In this document: piece after piece, positions 9,053-19,524 of the stretch | Layout of the letters: every line of letters begins with the position of its first letter | Numbering within the stretch: the first letter of the stretch is position 1 | Source: an uncultured delta proteobacterium | Lineage (GTDB): Bacteria; Desulfobacterota; Syntrophia; Syntrophales; UBA2192 | Direction of reading: 5' to 3' | Length of the DNA stretch: 64,000 bases | NCBI GenBank assembly: GCA_963705165.1 | Contig: CAVPJD010000017.1 | Location: forward strand, 32,593-96,592 | The notes under the pieces: model-generated | The model's database searches: none | Seen by the model: only the letters and a program-made list of their open reading frames with translations | Told to the model about the DNA's origin: nothing | Translations under genes and position numbers: made by a program

Positions 9053-9842
9053 TCACGGCCTTACCGGCGGCGGGGGGGCGAAGCCGTAGTTGTCCCAGAG
9101 CCGGTTATGGGTATGCCCGTAGGTCGTGCCGCAGTGGATGATCCTCTTGCTGCAGAGGGTGGCACGCCACTCGTACTTGACCAGGATGGTTTCCACGGTC
9201 CTTCCTTCCGGCTCGAAGCTGACCTGGCGCGAGGGGGAGTACTCTTCCCTGCCGTAGCCGGTACCGGCGCTTTGCGATGCCTCGCCCCTTGCGGTGGGGG
9301 AGGCTTTTTCTTTGGCATCGGCCTGCGGGCGAGCCCCAGGAGCCGTGGTGGAGAGATCTGCCGGTCTCTTGTAGCGCTGGACTTCGGGATAGACGGCCAG
9401 GGCGATCACGCCCATGGCGGACTGATCCCCGAAGGCGGCGGCATAGGAATCGGGCACGTCGGTGAAGTAGAACCGGTTGACCCTCTCCTGTCCCGTGCGC
9501 CAGCCCGAGTATTCGTTTGTCGCATAGGGCTCGAGGATGTACATCCTCTCGTTGTTCTTGAGCCACGACTTCTGCCCCGAGATGATGTTCCTTCCGTCAA
9601 CAGCCACTACCACACCAACCCTGCGGTTGAGATTGTTCCGGACCACGATCCGGTAGTTATCCCCCTTGACGGCCTCGGCATAGACCTTCTTCAGACCGTG
9701 GGAGCTTTTGTGGGGATAAAAAGGGAAGCGAGTGCCCGTTGTCGGTGACGATGCTGACGTCCACCGCGCTGCCCACCGTGGCAAAAGCGACGGTAGGGAT
9801 CCCGACCAGGAAAAACGCAAGCAGCAACAACCATGTCTTCAT
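9053..9842 (-). CDS. Secreted hypothetical protein; one frameshift in the A-run near 9718-9722
   Basis: AGGAGG RBS and signal peptide MKTWLLLLAFFLVGIPTVAFA. Removing one base joins ...GHSLPF to YPHKSSHG...VVAVDGRNIISG... Confidence 0.75.
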
Positions 9843-10269
9843 GACTTCCTCCTGCCGATGCTCATCGGCCTGTTTTTTGTGCCTCTGGTGGATTAGACAG
9901 GGGAAAGAGAGAAAAAGTTCCCCCAATAGCAGCTTCGCTGCAGTAATTGGTTGATCAGGTGACTGGTTAATCAGGAACGAACCGGACATGGTTGCGCACC
10001 CTCACGGGATGCGCCCCCGGCGTCAAGGGGGGAAGTCTTGGGAAAGACCTTTGCCGAAGGGGGAGGCCTGACTTCATTATGGGGTTGAGGCAAGCCGGGC
10101 CGCAGCCCCTTTTTCATCTCGGGCCCGATGGCATCTGGCCGGCATCCCGCAAATTACTTCTAATAATATGAAATCATTAATGTTTTTCTGTCAACGCGAG
10201 CGTAATGAGGCAGGAAGTCACGCGGAGATATTCGTATTTTTTCCATACGCGCAAAGCAGTAGTGAGGCG

Positions 10270-10285
10270 TGGCACGAAGGATGCA
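10270..10285 (+). promoter_or_regulatory. Sigma54 -24/-12 promoter upstream of cheD
   Basis: TGGCAC-GAAGG-ATGCA (GG-N10-GC). Confidence 0.6.
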
Positions 10286-10329
10286 AATATTCTGGAAGGT
10301 TTACTTTTTTCACCCTTGCAGGGTAGCGA

Positions 10330-10815
10330 ATGTCACAGATTCTCGTCAAACTCGCTGATTTTGCCGTGAGCAACAACCCCGATGACCAGTTGGTCGTCTA
10401 CGGGCTGGGGTCCACTGCCGCCGTGATCCTTTACGACGACGGGGCCCGGGCAGGCGGAATCGTCCACTTCATGCTCCCGAACTCCGCATTGGAGTCCCGC
10501 AGGGCGACGGATTATCCGGCCATGTATGCCGATGTGGCGATCCCGCTGCTCGTAGCGTCCTGCACCGGGCAGGGGGCGAGAAAGGCGTCGCTCACGGCGA
10601 AGCTGGCCGGGGGCTCGATCCTGATGGGCCAGGGGATCTCCCGCAGCATCAGCGAGGGCAACATCGCGGCGGCAAAAAAAATCCTCGCCGACCTCGGGAT
10701 CCCGCTGACGACGGAAGACACCGGCGGCAATTACAATCGCGCCGTCCGGCTGGAAATCGCGACGGGGAAAACCTACCTGAAAGGACCCAGCGGAAGTTGG
10801 GAGGAATTACGATGA
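10330..10815 (+). CDS. cheD: CheD-family protein with the catalytic Cys replaced by Thr
   Basis: GLGS(T), GGIVHFMLP, YAD, AKLAGG and EDTGG motifs. Confidence 0.85.
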   Translation: MSQILVKLADFAVSNNPDDQLVVYGLGSTAAVILYDDGARAGGIVHFMLPNSALESRRATDYPAMYADVAIPLLVASCTGQGARKASLTAKLAGGSILMGQGISRSISEGNIAAAKKILADLGIPLTTEDTGGNYNRAVRLEIATGKTYLKGPSGSWEELR

Positions 10816-11675
10816 ACCTGGACAGTGCAATCAAGAAATCGATCGCAAAACTTCCTGCGTTTCCTGCCACGGTACACCGGGTGACGAACCTCATCAACAA
10901 CCCCGACTCGTCCCTGACGGAGCTCGTGGAGGTGATCCGGCTCGACCAGGCCATCACGGCCAATATCCTGCGGATGTGCAACTCGGCCTACTTCGGGCTG
11001 CGGCACAAGGTGGACAGCGCCCAGGACGCCATCATGTACCTCGGAAAGCAGAACGTCGTCCGGGCCGTCATGGCCGCGGGCACGTCCGGCTTTTTCAAAG
11101 ACACACCCGGCTACGAGGCCGAAGCGAAGGAGCTCTGGGAGCACGCCGTGGGCGTAGCGCTGCTGTCCCAGATCCTGGCGAAAAAGAGCCTCAGGCGGGA
11201 GGATTCAAGCCTTTTCACCGCGGCGCTGCTGCACGACGTCGGGAAGATCGTCCTCGGCGAGTTTGTGAAGGATAAATACGCCGAGATCAAGGAGATCCTG
11301 TCCGCGAAGTCCTGCTCGTTTCTCGAAGCGGAAGAGGAAGTCCTGGGCATGAACCATGCCGAGCTGGGCGGGCTCGTCGCCGCCGCCTGGAAATTCCCCG
11401 ATGAGATCCGCAACGCCATCGCCTTCCATCACCGGCCGGACCTGCTGGGTGACAAGGCGGGCCCCGTGCCGTGGATCGTCCATCTCGCCGACCAGGGGTG
11501 CCTCATGCTGGGAATCGGCAGGGGTGCGGACGGGCTGGCCTACCACGGGCTGGATGAGGCCATGAGCCGTCTCGGCCTGTCGCAGAAGGACTTCGAGGAA
11601 TCCCTCGCCCTGCTGGTGAGGGAAATCGACAACGCGCGGGAGCTGATCGGGATCGTGCAGTCCCCATCCAACTGA
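10812..11675 (+). CDS. HDOD domain signalling protein
   Basis: LPAFP, DQAITANILRMCNSAY, LWEHA, ALLHDVGK, HAELG, W.FP..I..AIAFHH. ATGA overlap with cheD. Confidence 0.92.
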   Translation: MNLDSAIKKSIAKLPAFPATVHRVTNLINNPDSSLTELVEVIRLDQAITANILRMCNSAYFGLRHKVDSAQDAIMYLGKQNVVRAVMAAGTSGFFKDTPGYEAEAKELWEHAVGVALLSQILAKKSLRREDSSLFTAALLHDVGKIVLGEFVKDKYAEIKEILSAKSCSFLEAEEEVLGMNHAELGGLVAAAWKFPDEIRNAIAFHHRPDLLGDKAGPVPWIVHLADQGCLMLGIGRGADGLAYHGLDEAMSRLGLSQKDFEESLALLVREIDNARELIGIVQSPSN

Positions 11676-11702
11676 GATTTCCGGTATCCGCCATCCGAAA
11701 AC

Positions 11703-11737
11703 AAAGAGGTCGGCCGAATTTCGGCCGGCCTCTTTTT
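11703..11737 (+). terminator. Rho-independent terminator
   Basis: AAAGAGGTCGGCCGA/TCGGCCGGCCTCTTT hairpin followed by a T-tract. Confidence 0.75.
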
Positions 11738-11834
11738 GTATCTGCAGTGCAAGCTGTCCTATTTCCATTGCGGCCGGTGCGGCGGCGGGGTATAAGACGC
11801 CGGTGGGACTTCTCCCCGGCGGGTTCACACGCAG

Positions 11835-12815
11835 ATGGTCATCTCCATGCTCCTCTATTCCTTCGGCATCATCCTTTCCGGGCTTCTGCTGGGTTACACA
11901 GCCCAGGTGCTCGCAGCCCGCGGACTCATCCGGCTCCCCGTTTCCATGGACACCCTGCGCAAGGGGCTCCAGCGCACGGCCCTTCTCTTCGTAAACCCCG
12001 TGGCCATTGTGGGCGCCACCTGGATCGTGAGCATCCGGGATGCGGCCCTCGTGGCCCTGCCCTTCGTCGGCCTCTTCGCCATCGTCACGGGCGGCGCGCT
12101 CGCCCTGGGGGCGGCAAGACTCCTTCAGCTCCCCCCGAAAAAAAAGGGAGCCCTCTTCTGCTGCGGCTCCTTCACCAACATCGGCTCCATCGGAGCGCTT
12201 GTCTGCTACCTGTTTCTGGGAGAGCCCGGCTTTGCCCTCGTGCCCATCTACAAGATCTTCGAGGAGCTCTCCTACTACTCCACGGGCTTTCCGATCGCGA
12301 AATACTACAGCGGGAGCATGGTAACAGAAGGCCGCTGGGACCGGGTCAAGGGCCTCGCCCGCGATCCCCTCATCATCGTCTCGGTCTCGAGCCTCCTCCT
12401 GGGCGGCGCCCTCAACGTAAGCGGCCTCGAGCGGCCCGCGATCTATGGCGCGGTCAACGCCATCTTCATCCCGCTGGGGGCCTTCATGCTGCTGGTCTCC
12501 ATCGGGCTTGCCCTGCGGTTTCGTCGGGTGGGGGATTATTTATGGGAAGGCGCATCCGTTGCCGCCATCAAGTTTGCCATGGTGCCCCTCATGGCATCCA
12601 CGATTGCCTGGAGCCTGGGCTTCGGCTCGATAGACGGCGGGCTTCCGCTCAAGGTCGTCCTGATCCTCTCATCGATGCCCGTGGCCTTCAACGCCCTGAT
12701 CCCGCCCTCGATCTACGACCTCGATCTGGACCTGGCCAACTCCTGCCTGCTGATTACCATGGCGCTGCTGATCATTGTCCTGCCGGCGCTGCTCTTTGTC
12801 GTTCAATCGTTCTAG
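11835..12815 (+). CDS. AEC (auxin efflux carrier) family membrane transporter
   Basis: About 10 hydrophobic helices; FTNIGSIG and SSMPVAFNA motifs. Confidence 0.8.
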   Translation: MVISMLLYSFGIILSGLLLGYTAQVLAARGLIRLPVSMDTLRKGLQRTALLFVNPVAIVGATWIVSIRDAALVALPFVGLFAIVTGGALALGAARLLQLPPKKKGALFCCGSFTNIGSIGALVCYLFLGEPGFALVPIYKIFEELSYYSTGFPIAKYYSGSMVTEGRWDRVKGLARDPLIIVSVSSLLLGGALNVSGLERPAIYGAVNAIFIPLGAFMLLVSIGLALRFRRVGDYLWEGASVAAIKFAMVPLMASTIAWSLGFGSIDGGLPLKVVLILSSMPVAFNALIPPSIYDLDLDLANSCLLITMALLIIVLPALLFVVQSF

Positions 12816-12909
12816 TCCCGGTTGACGGGCGCAGCGAAGCGAGTCGGCTGCAACCGGGGGTTGGGCGGCTATGCATTGATACGTGTCGGCTTGCTTCGGC
12901 TTCCTTCCT

Positions 12910-13989
12910 CTATTTCTGCAAGGCCGGGTAGTCGGTATAGCCCCTGGATCCGGGTGTGTAGAAGGTAGACATATCCGGCGCGTTCACGGCTGCGTTGGTT
13001 CTCCATCGAGCCACCAGGTCGGGATTGGCAAGGAAAGGCCGCCCTACGGCGATGAGATCGCATTTGCCCGCGGCCAAGTCGCTTTCGGCACGCTCGGCAT
13101 CATAACCGCCGGAGAGGATCAACGTGCGCTTGAATAGTTTGCGGAATGTCGCCTTCATGGCATCGGGCACCGGCGGCGCGCCCATGGGCGAGTGATCCAC
13201 GAGGTGGATATAAACCAGGCCGCGGGTGTTGAGCTGCTGCGCCAGGTAGGTGTAATCCGCCTCCATCGTGTCGTACAACGGCATGTCGTTGAACACACCG
13301 AACGGGGAAAGTCGGATGCCCACCTTGTCCTTGCCAATGGCACCCATCACCGCCTCCGCCACTTCCAGCACAAAACGCGCGCGGTTCTCGATCGGACCGC
13401 CATAACCATCGGTGCGCTGATTCGTGTTCGGACGGATGAACTGTTCAAGCAGATAGCCGTTCGCGCTGTGCAGCTCGATGCCGTCAAACCCCGCTGTCAC
13501 GGCATTCTTCGCGGCATTCGCATATTCCGCGATGGTGCTCTTGATCTCCGCCTCGGTCATCGCCTGCGGCGCGGGATGCGGCTTCATGCCCTCGGCATCC
13601 GTGTACATCTCGCCGCCGGCCGCCACAGCAGATGGCGCCAGCATGCGTGCTCCTGCGGGAAGGTTCAGCGGATGGGCAATTCGTCCGCAGTGCATGAGCT
13701 GCACGAACATCTTCGCACCCTTGGCATGCACCGCATCGGTAATGCTCTTCCACCCCTCGACCTGGGCCGGGGAGAATATTCCCGGTATGCGCGGATAACC
13801 CAGACCGTTCGGCGAGGGCGACGTACCCTCGGTAATCATGAGTCCCGCCGTGGCCCGCTGCGCGTAGTACTCGGCCATGAGCGCATTGGGAATATTGTCG
13901 GTAGCGCGGTTGCGCGTCATGGGCGCCATGACCAGGTGATTCTGTAATGTCAGAGGGCCGACAGCGTATTTCGAGTACAGAATTGACAT
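12910..13989 (-). CDS. Old Yellow Enzyme / alkene reductase (NemA-like)
   Basis: MAPMTRNRA, EYYAQRA, ELHSANGYLLEQF, RTDGYGG..ENR, GRPFLANPDL. Confidence 0.93.
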   Translation of the reverse strand: MSILYSKYAVGPLTLQNHLVMAPMTRNRATDNIPNALMAEYYAQRATAGLMITEGTSPSPNGLGYPRIPGIFSPAQVEGWKSITDAVHAKGAKMFVQLMHCGRIAHPLNLPAGARMLAPSAVAAGGEMYTDAEGMKPHPAPQAMTEAEIKSTIAEYANAAKNAVTAGFDGIELHSANGYLLEQFIRPNTNQRTDGYGGPIENRARFVLEVAEAVMGAIGKDKVGIRLSPFGVFNDMPLYDTMEADYTYLAQQLNTRGLVYIHLVDHSPMGAPPVPDAMKATFRKLFKRTLILSGGYDAERAESDLAAGKCDLIAVGRPFLANPDLVARWRTNAAVNAPDMSTFYTPGSRGYTDYPALQK

Positions 13990-14065
13990 GGGTGAGTCCT
14001 CCAGAGAGTGGTTTGCTTGCCTTCCGGTCTTTTCATCGCGCTGGATGACAGATCGAGAGCCGGCG

Positions 14066-15936
14066 TCACCACACCTTCCTGGCCTCTTCGGCCATGCCGT
14101 ATTCCTCCAGTGTTTCCTTTGTCGGGATGCCCTTGACCGGATCGAATCCCGCCAGCCCGTAGAATCGCGATTTCATCCCTTCAAAATTCATCTCGATGCC
14201 CTCCGGCTCTCCGTCCCGGGCCGGCTCCAGCATCCGCGGCGTGAGGCTGTCATCTTCCGCCGTGAGGCCGTAACGGTAATTGATGAGCCGCTTCAGGTAA
14301 AAGACCCGGCGGCCGGCCTTCATCATTTCCTCGATTTCCCAACCATAACCCGCCACATCGTTGAAGAGGTTCAGCCAGTCCGGGATGGTCAGGGTGTCGG
14401 CGAAGGCGCACCAGCAGGCGCTGTTCTCCAGGGCACCGAAGGTGATGGAGACGAGAGCCGCTTCCGGCTTGTTCTCGTCGCTCCGGGGCTCGTTTCCCGT
14501 GATATAATCGAACCCGATCTCCGGATAGTATCGCGCGCCCATCTCGACGAACAGCATGGGATCAGCCACGTGGCAGGCTCCCCTGGCGCTCATCGCATAG
14601 GTCAGGGCCATGCCGTGCCCGCCTCCACGCGGGTCATGCATGGGCGCTTCCAGTCCCTTGCTGTGGACCGTGTATTCCAACCCTTTTCCGATTTTTTTTG
14701 CGGCTGCCACACTGCCGTCGGCCAGGAGCTGCCCCAGCTTTCCAACTCTGCCGGCAATCTTCGGCAGAACCACGTCAATCACCGTCTCCATATCTCCCCA
14801 GTTCAGGGGAATGCCGTCCGTGTCGGCCGGCGTCAGATCCCCCTTCTCGAAGGCTTCCATGGCCCAGGCGATGGTGCCCCCGGCCGAGATGGTGTCCATG
14901 CCGAGATCGTTGCAGACACGGCCCGCCTTGCAGGTGGCCGCCAGATCGATGGAGCCGATGAGGGTCCCGAAGGAGACGATGGTCTCATATTCCGGTCCCG
15001 GGTCCCTCCGGCACGGCGAATGGCTCCCTCCTTGACCTCAACCACCCGTTTGCAGGCGATGCCGCAAAATGCGCAGGCGGTGCGCTTTGTCAGGTACATC
15101 TCGCTCAGGGCGCTTCCCGCCAGGGCGTCGGCCGATTCCTCCCAGAAGTTGGATTGCCAGTTCTTCACCGGGACATCCCCGCTGTATACCCCGCCCGTCA
15201 GGTTTGCGGCCGTCCCGTCCTCGTGCATGACGGTTGCCGGCAAGGCCTCCACGAGCCGCTTGTTGAGTTCCTTCCGGAAGGCTTCATATCCGGCCTTGTT
15301 CGCCACCTCCATGTCCTTTTTAGAGGCCTTGACCGCGATGGCCTTGAGATTCTTCGATCCCATGATGGCGCCGAAACCGGCCCGGCCCGTCGCGTGATGG
15401 CCGTCGTTGAGGATGATGGCATACTTGACAAGCTTTTCCGCGGCGGGTCCGATCACGAGGGTTCGGTGATCCTTTCCGAGCTTTGCCTTCAGGGCCGCGG
15501 TGACCTCTTCGGTCCCCTTGCCCCAGTACTCGCCGGCGTCGAGGATCTGGATGGTGCCGTCATGGATCAGGAGATAAGACGGATTGGTTGCTTTGCCGGT
15601 GATGATCAGACCGTCATAGCCTGCATATCTGAGTTCCGGAGCAAAATAGCCACCACATGAGGCGTCGCCCCAGTGCCCCGTGAGCGGGGAGCACCCGGCA
15701 ACGCTGTTGCGGCTGGCCCCGGAGATCCTGAGGCCCGCAAAAGGCCCGTTCATGAAGATCAGCATGGCCTCCGGGGCAAGGGGATCGATATCGAAGCGTC
15801 CCCGCTCCCAGAAAATCTTTGCGGCCAGACCGCTGCCTCCGATGTATTGTTTGTAGTACTCTTCCGGTAATGTCTCGATCCGGACGCTGCCGCCCGTCAG
15901 GTCCACATGGATGACCTTGCCCGTATTCCCTTTCAT
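14066..15936 (-). CDS. aor: Aldehyde:ferredoxin oxidoreductase (W/Mo-pterin AOR family); two 1-bp insertions near 15000 and 15025
   Basis: SPLTG, AGYDG, GRAGFGAIMGSKNLKA, CAFCGIAC; restored GPEYET...GMDTIS; DPRG; RGACH. Confidence 0.9.
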
Positions 15937-15968
15937 AAGCCTGCTCCTGTAAAATCGGCACAAGTCAT

Positions 15969-16029
15969 GTCATTCCTGCGCAGGCAGGAATCCATGAAAT
16001 ACTGGATTCCGGGTCAAGCCCGGAATGAC
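15969..16029. repeat. REP-like palindrome (GTCATTCC...GGAATCCA / TGGATTCC...GGAATGAC type)
   Basis: Two inverted half-units forming a long hairpin between the SCP2 gene and aor. Confidence 0.75.
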
Positions 16030-16054
16030 AAAAGCCATTTTCTGCCGCGCACGC

Positions 16055-16475
16055 CTATTTCGCCAGCTTGTCCGCCCAGCCAAAATCCTTGAGGATCTGC
16101 TCGTAGTACAAAGCCACCTTTTTCAGCTTGGGGGCCAGCTTCAGCAGTCCCGTGGCGGAACCCTTGACCTTGATCTGCCCCCGGGTGATGGCCATCACGG
16201 GGTTGAGCTTGTTGGCCCAGGACAGATGGGCGTTGTCGGCGGTGAGGCTCATCGTGAGATCCGGCGCCTCGGCGGGCTTGCCGGCTTTGACGAGGAACTT
16301 TCCGTCGCGGCCGTCGACGTGGAAGGAGCAGTTGGGGCCGTCTTCGGTGTAATCGAACCAGATGAGCTGGTTGACCTTCTTCATGCCGTCGATGAATTCC
16401 TGCTCCCTGGACAGCGTTTCCCAGAGGGTGACAAACGCCTTGACGGGTTCCGTACTCGTCTTTCCAATACTTCAT
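16055..16475 (-). CDS. SCP2 sterol/lipid-binding domain protein; frameshift near 16450
   Basis: PDLTMSLTAD..W..KLNPVMAITRGQIKVKG. Deleting one G joins MKYWKDEY to EPVKAFVTLWETL... Confidence 0.8.
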
Positions 16476-16497
16476 GGTTTCTCTCCTCCTTTTTTAG

Positions 16498-17697
16498 TTA
16501 TCGGGCTTTCAAATACAGATTATACACGTCGTCCTCTTCCAGATCGCGGGGGTTGTAGGGAAGCTGGGAATCCCCCATGGCGAGATCGATCAGCGGCTGA
16601 AGGGCTTCGCGATCGTCCGGAACATCAAAATCCTTCAGGGTCTGTGTCAGGCCGACAGACTTCTGCAGAGTTTTTAATCGCCTGAACGGCGGCCCGGGCC
16701 GCCTGCTCGGGAGTCATGCCGTCGACGTCTTGTCCCCATGGCATCGGCGATCAGGAACGAAGCGCTCCGGCTTCTCTTCCAGGTTGAAGCTCATCACGTG
16801 GGGCAGCATGATGCTGTTGGCCAGGCCGTGGGGAATCCCGTAAAGGGCGCCCAGGGCGTGGGCTGTGGCATGGACCCCGCCGGTGAAGGCGTTGATGAAG
16901 GACATGCCCGCCATGGTGCTCGCGATCAGCAGGTAACCCCTCGCCTCGACATTCCCCGGGTTTTTCATGACCTCGGGAAGATATTTCGTGATGATCCGGA
17001 TCGCGTGCAGCCCCAACGCGTCCGAGATGGGATTTGCGCTGACGGTGGTGACGCCCTCGATGGCATGCGTCATGGCATCCATGGCCGTGAATGCCGTGAT
17101 CTTCGGGGGAAGCTTCACCGTGAGCTCCGGATCCAGCATGGCGATGTCCGGGGTGCAATAGGGGTGGCCCACGGCCACCTTCGCCTTGGCGATGTCGTTC
17201 AAAACCACCATGGCATAAGTCACTTCAGCGCCTGTCCCGGCTGTGGTGGGAAACGCAATATGCGGCGGCAGGAGCCGGGCGCCATCAAATAACCCGACCT
17301 GCTCCGCCAGGGGCGAAAAGTCTTCATGGCCTCCGCCGATCATGATATTGATGGCCTTGGCCGTGTCCATCACGCTGCCCCCTCCCACGACCACCATGCA
17401 GTCGGCACCGCACTTCCGGTAAAAAGCCGCACCCTCGTTGATCAATTCGATGCGGGCGTCCTGCACGATCTTGTCGTAGACACCAACCAACTCCAGACTG
17501 GAAGCCTCGATGGCCTCGATGACCATCTGGGCCACACCGGCCTGAACAAGCCCTTTGTCGGTGTAGAGGACCGCCTTCGTGCCCCCGAGTTTTTCCATTT
17601 CAAAACCCAACTCTTCCCGCACGCCGGCTTTGTAGAGGATCCTCGGCCGGTTTGCCCACGTGAAGAACGGCTCAAAGCTCAGATCGGGGTATTTCAT
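16498..17697 (-). CDS. Iron-containing alcohol dehydrogenase; frameshifts in the 3' part (~16670-16760)
   Basis: GGGSVMDTAK, PTTAGTGAEVT, DAMTHAIE, HATAH, HGLAN. C-terminal YNPRDL...YLKAR* found in another frame. Confidence 0.88.
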
Positions 17698-17800
17698 GCA
17701 CTCCTCCTTTCCGTTGCATTGATGGTGACTGTGACAGCAAGGCCTCCTTGCGTAATGCTTATGCCAAACGGAATTGAAGCTCCCCGCCCACAGGAGCGCC

Positions 17801-17927
17801 CGTCCTGAGTTCATCGAAGGATGTCGAAGGACGCGCCCTGAATGCTTGAGGAACTGGATCATTCCCCCTCACCCCAACCCCGTTCGACAGGCTCACGACA
17901 CCGCTCTTCCTCGGAGGGGAGAGGGAG
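17801..17927. repeat. Composite/nested REP-like elements
   Basis: GTCCTGAG..TCGAAGG unit, then CCCCTCACCCCAACC...GGGAGAGGGA interrupted by TTCGACAGGCTCA. Confidence 0.5.
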
Positions 17928-18340
17928 ATCAGGGGAGTGTTTTTTCCGAGGCGCCCCCGGTCAGCCGGGCTCAGTGAAATGGATGATATATTAATCAGTA
18001 ATCTTGTATGCTTGAATTCGATGAAGGGGTGCTCTGTGTTATGTCTGGGCTGATTGATTGGTTAGGAACCAACTTGACACTGTGTATTTTGTAATGGATT
18101 GGAAAACTGCTGTCAAGGAATGAAGTGACTGGGTCTCGAGGATGAGTGATCTCGAGGACGGTTTCGATGGCCGGAAGCGTATTCAGACCGCGTCTTTCAC
18201 CTACAATTCTTTGGCCCAGCTGAGTTTGGCTGATTGGAGTTTTGCAGTTGAAATAAGTAGAAAGCACTCCAGAGCAGCCAGATTCCTAACTGGCCGCTCC
18301 GGAGCACGTTATAGACTGGCAAATCAAGAGGCGGTGAACT

Positions 18341-19198
18341 TTACTTCGGCACTACTTGCATAATGAGAAAGCGTTTGTTCTCCTCCGTTAACGGGTATGG
18401 CACTTCTCCGTTCGGGCCGAACCACTTTTCATACAGTTCAAAATACTTACCGGATTCTATTGCCCCCATCAGGCCATTGTTGACGAGAGTGCGGAAATCG
18501 GATTCGTTCTTCCGCATCGCCATGCCGTAAGGTTCGTATGTGTAGAATGGACCCGCGATAACCCAATCGCCGCGATTGGGCGACTTTCCAATCAGTCCGG
18601 CCAGATAGGTGCCGTCGCTACTGTAGGCATCCACCTTTCCCTCGTTCAGCGCTTGGAATGCGGCTGGCTGGTCCGGAAATTCCACAAGCTGAGCGCTCTG
18701 GTACTTTTCCCCAAGGAATTTCGCGCTGGTTGAGCCTTTCAGGACGGCAATGCGCTTTCCCGCAATATCTTGCACGCCCCTGATCGGGCTGCCTTTCTTC
18801 ACCAAGAACTGGGCGCCGGTCACGAAATAGGTCAGGCTGAAGTCCACCGTCTCACGACGGGAGCGTGTGTCTGTCATGGTTTCGGCAACGAGATCCACCG
18901 TATTCGATGTTAGGAGAGAAATACGGGTCGGCGGTGTGGACTCCTTCTTCTCGACCTTGATCGGCTTGCCCAGTTTTTTCGAGATCTCCGGCACAATCGC
19001 CTGCTCCACGAGGTCAATCGAGAAGCCGACCCACTCGTTTTTGTTGTTCACAAAGGCAAACCCCTGCACGCCCGTCCGCGTGCCGATGGTCAGCACCCCC
19101 GTCCGATTGATCTTTTCCAGCGTCGTTTCGGCGAAAACGGACACTGAAAAACACATGACAACTGCCAGAGACATCAGGAGAGCAAGTATCCGCTTCAT
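18341..19198 (-). CDS. Amino acid ABC transporter substrate-binding protein (GltI/Peb1a-like), no permease nearby
   Basis: Signal peptide; GFSIDL, R..LL...VDL, T.T..R...VDFS..YF, GKVDA...D, EPYGMAMRK, LYEKWF. Confidence 0.9.
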   Translation of the reverse strand: MKRILALLMSLAVVMCFSVSVFAETTLEKINRTGVLTIGTRTGVQGFAFVNNKNEWVGFSIDLVEQAIVPEISKKLGKPIKVEKKESTPPTRISLLTSNTVDLVAETMTDTRSRRETVDFSLTYFVTGAQFLVKKGSPIRGVQDIAGKRIAVLKGSTSAKFLGEKYQSAQLVEFPDQPAAFQALNEGKVDAYSSDGTYLAGLIGKSPNRGDWVIAGPFYTYEPYGMAMRKNESDFRTLVNNGLMGAIESGKYFELYEKWFGPNGEVPYPLTEENKRFLIMQVVPK

Positions 19199-19445
19199 GG
19201 TGACCTCCTTATGGAGAACTGATAAAATGTCTGGTTACTTTACCCGCTTATAGGGGGGTAGAGTGGCCCGAACTTATGCTTCTCATATACATATACATAC
19301 AGAAAATCCCATCGAAATCTTTGATCCAGATCAAAATTTCATTAAAAAAGTAGGAACATTACTGATGTAATCTGCTATGCAGAGCCAGATCGCTGATCTG
19401 TGCATTTCAGGAAGGATTCAAATTGGAGATTTTTTCAATAACAGG

Positions 19446-19495
19446 TTGACTGAAAGTGCGAAAAATAGTATAGTTTTCGACAAATGTATAAGCAT
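19446..19495 (+). promoter_or_regulatory. Sigma70 promoter with overlapping putative ArsR operator (copy 1)
   Basis: TTGACT-N17-TATAGT; ATAGTTTTCGACAAATGTATAAGCAT at 19470-19495. Confidence 0.65.
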
Positions 19496-19524
19496 CTAAA
19501 TAAATATCCTGTAGGAGTGACGCT

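Noticed and set aside
715..9277. Prophage or integrase-driven island
   Set aside because: No integrase, transposase, tRNA or phage gene, and the repeats are long and diverged, unlike att cores.
9843..10260. Riboswitch in the long intergenic region (also the ~200-nt leader at 1050-1257)
   Set aside because: Local hairpins exist, but I could not match a known aptamer consensus; an Rfam scan is needed.
17745..17767. Sigma54-like site upstream of the ADH gene (minus strand TTGGCATAAGCATTACGC)
   Set aside because: GG-to-GC spacing is 12 rather than the required 10.
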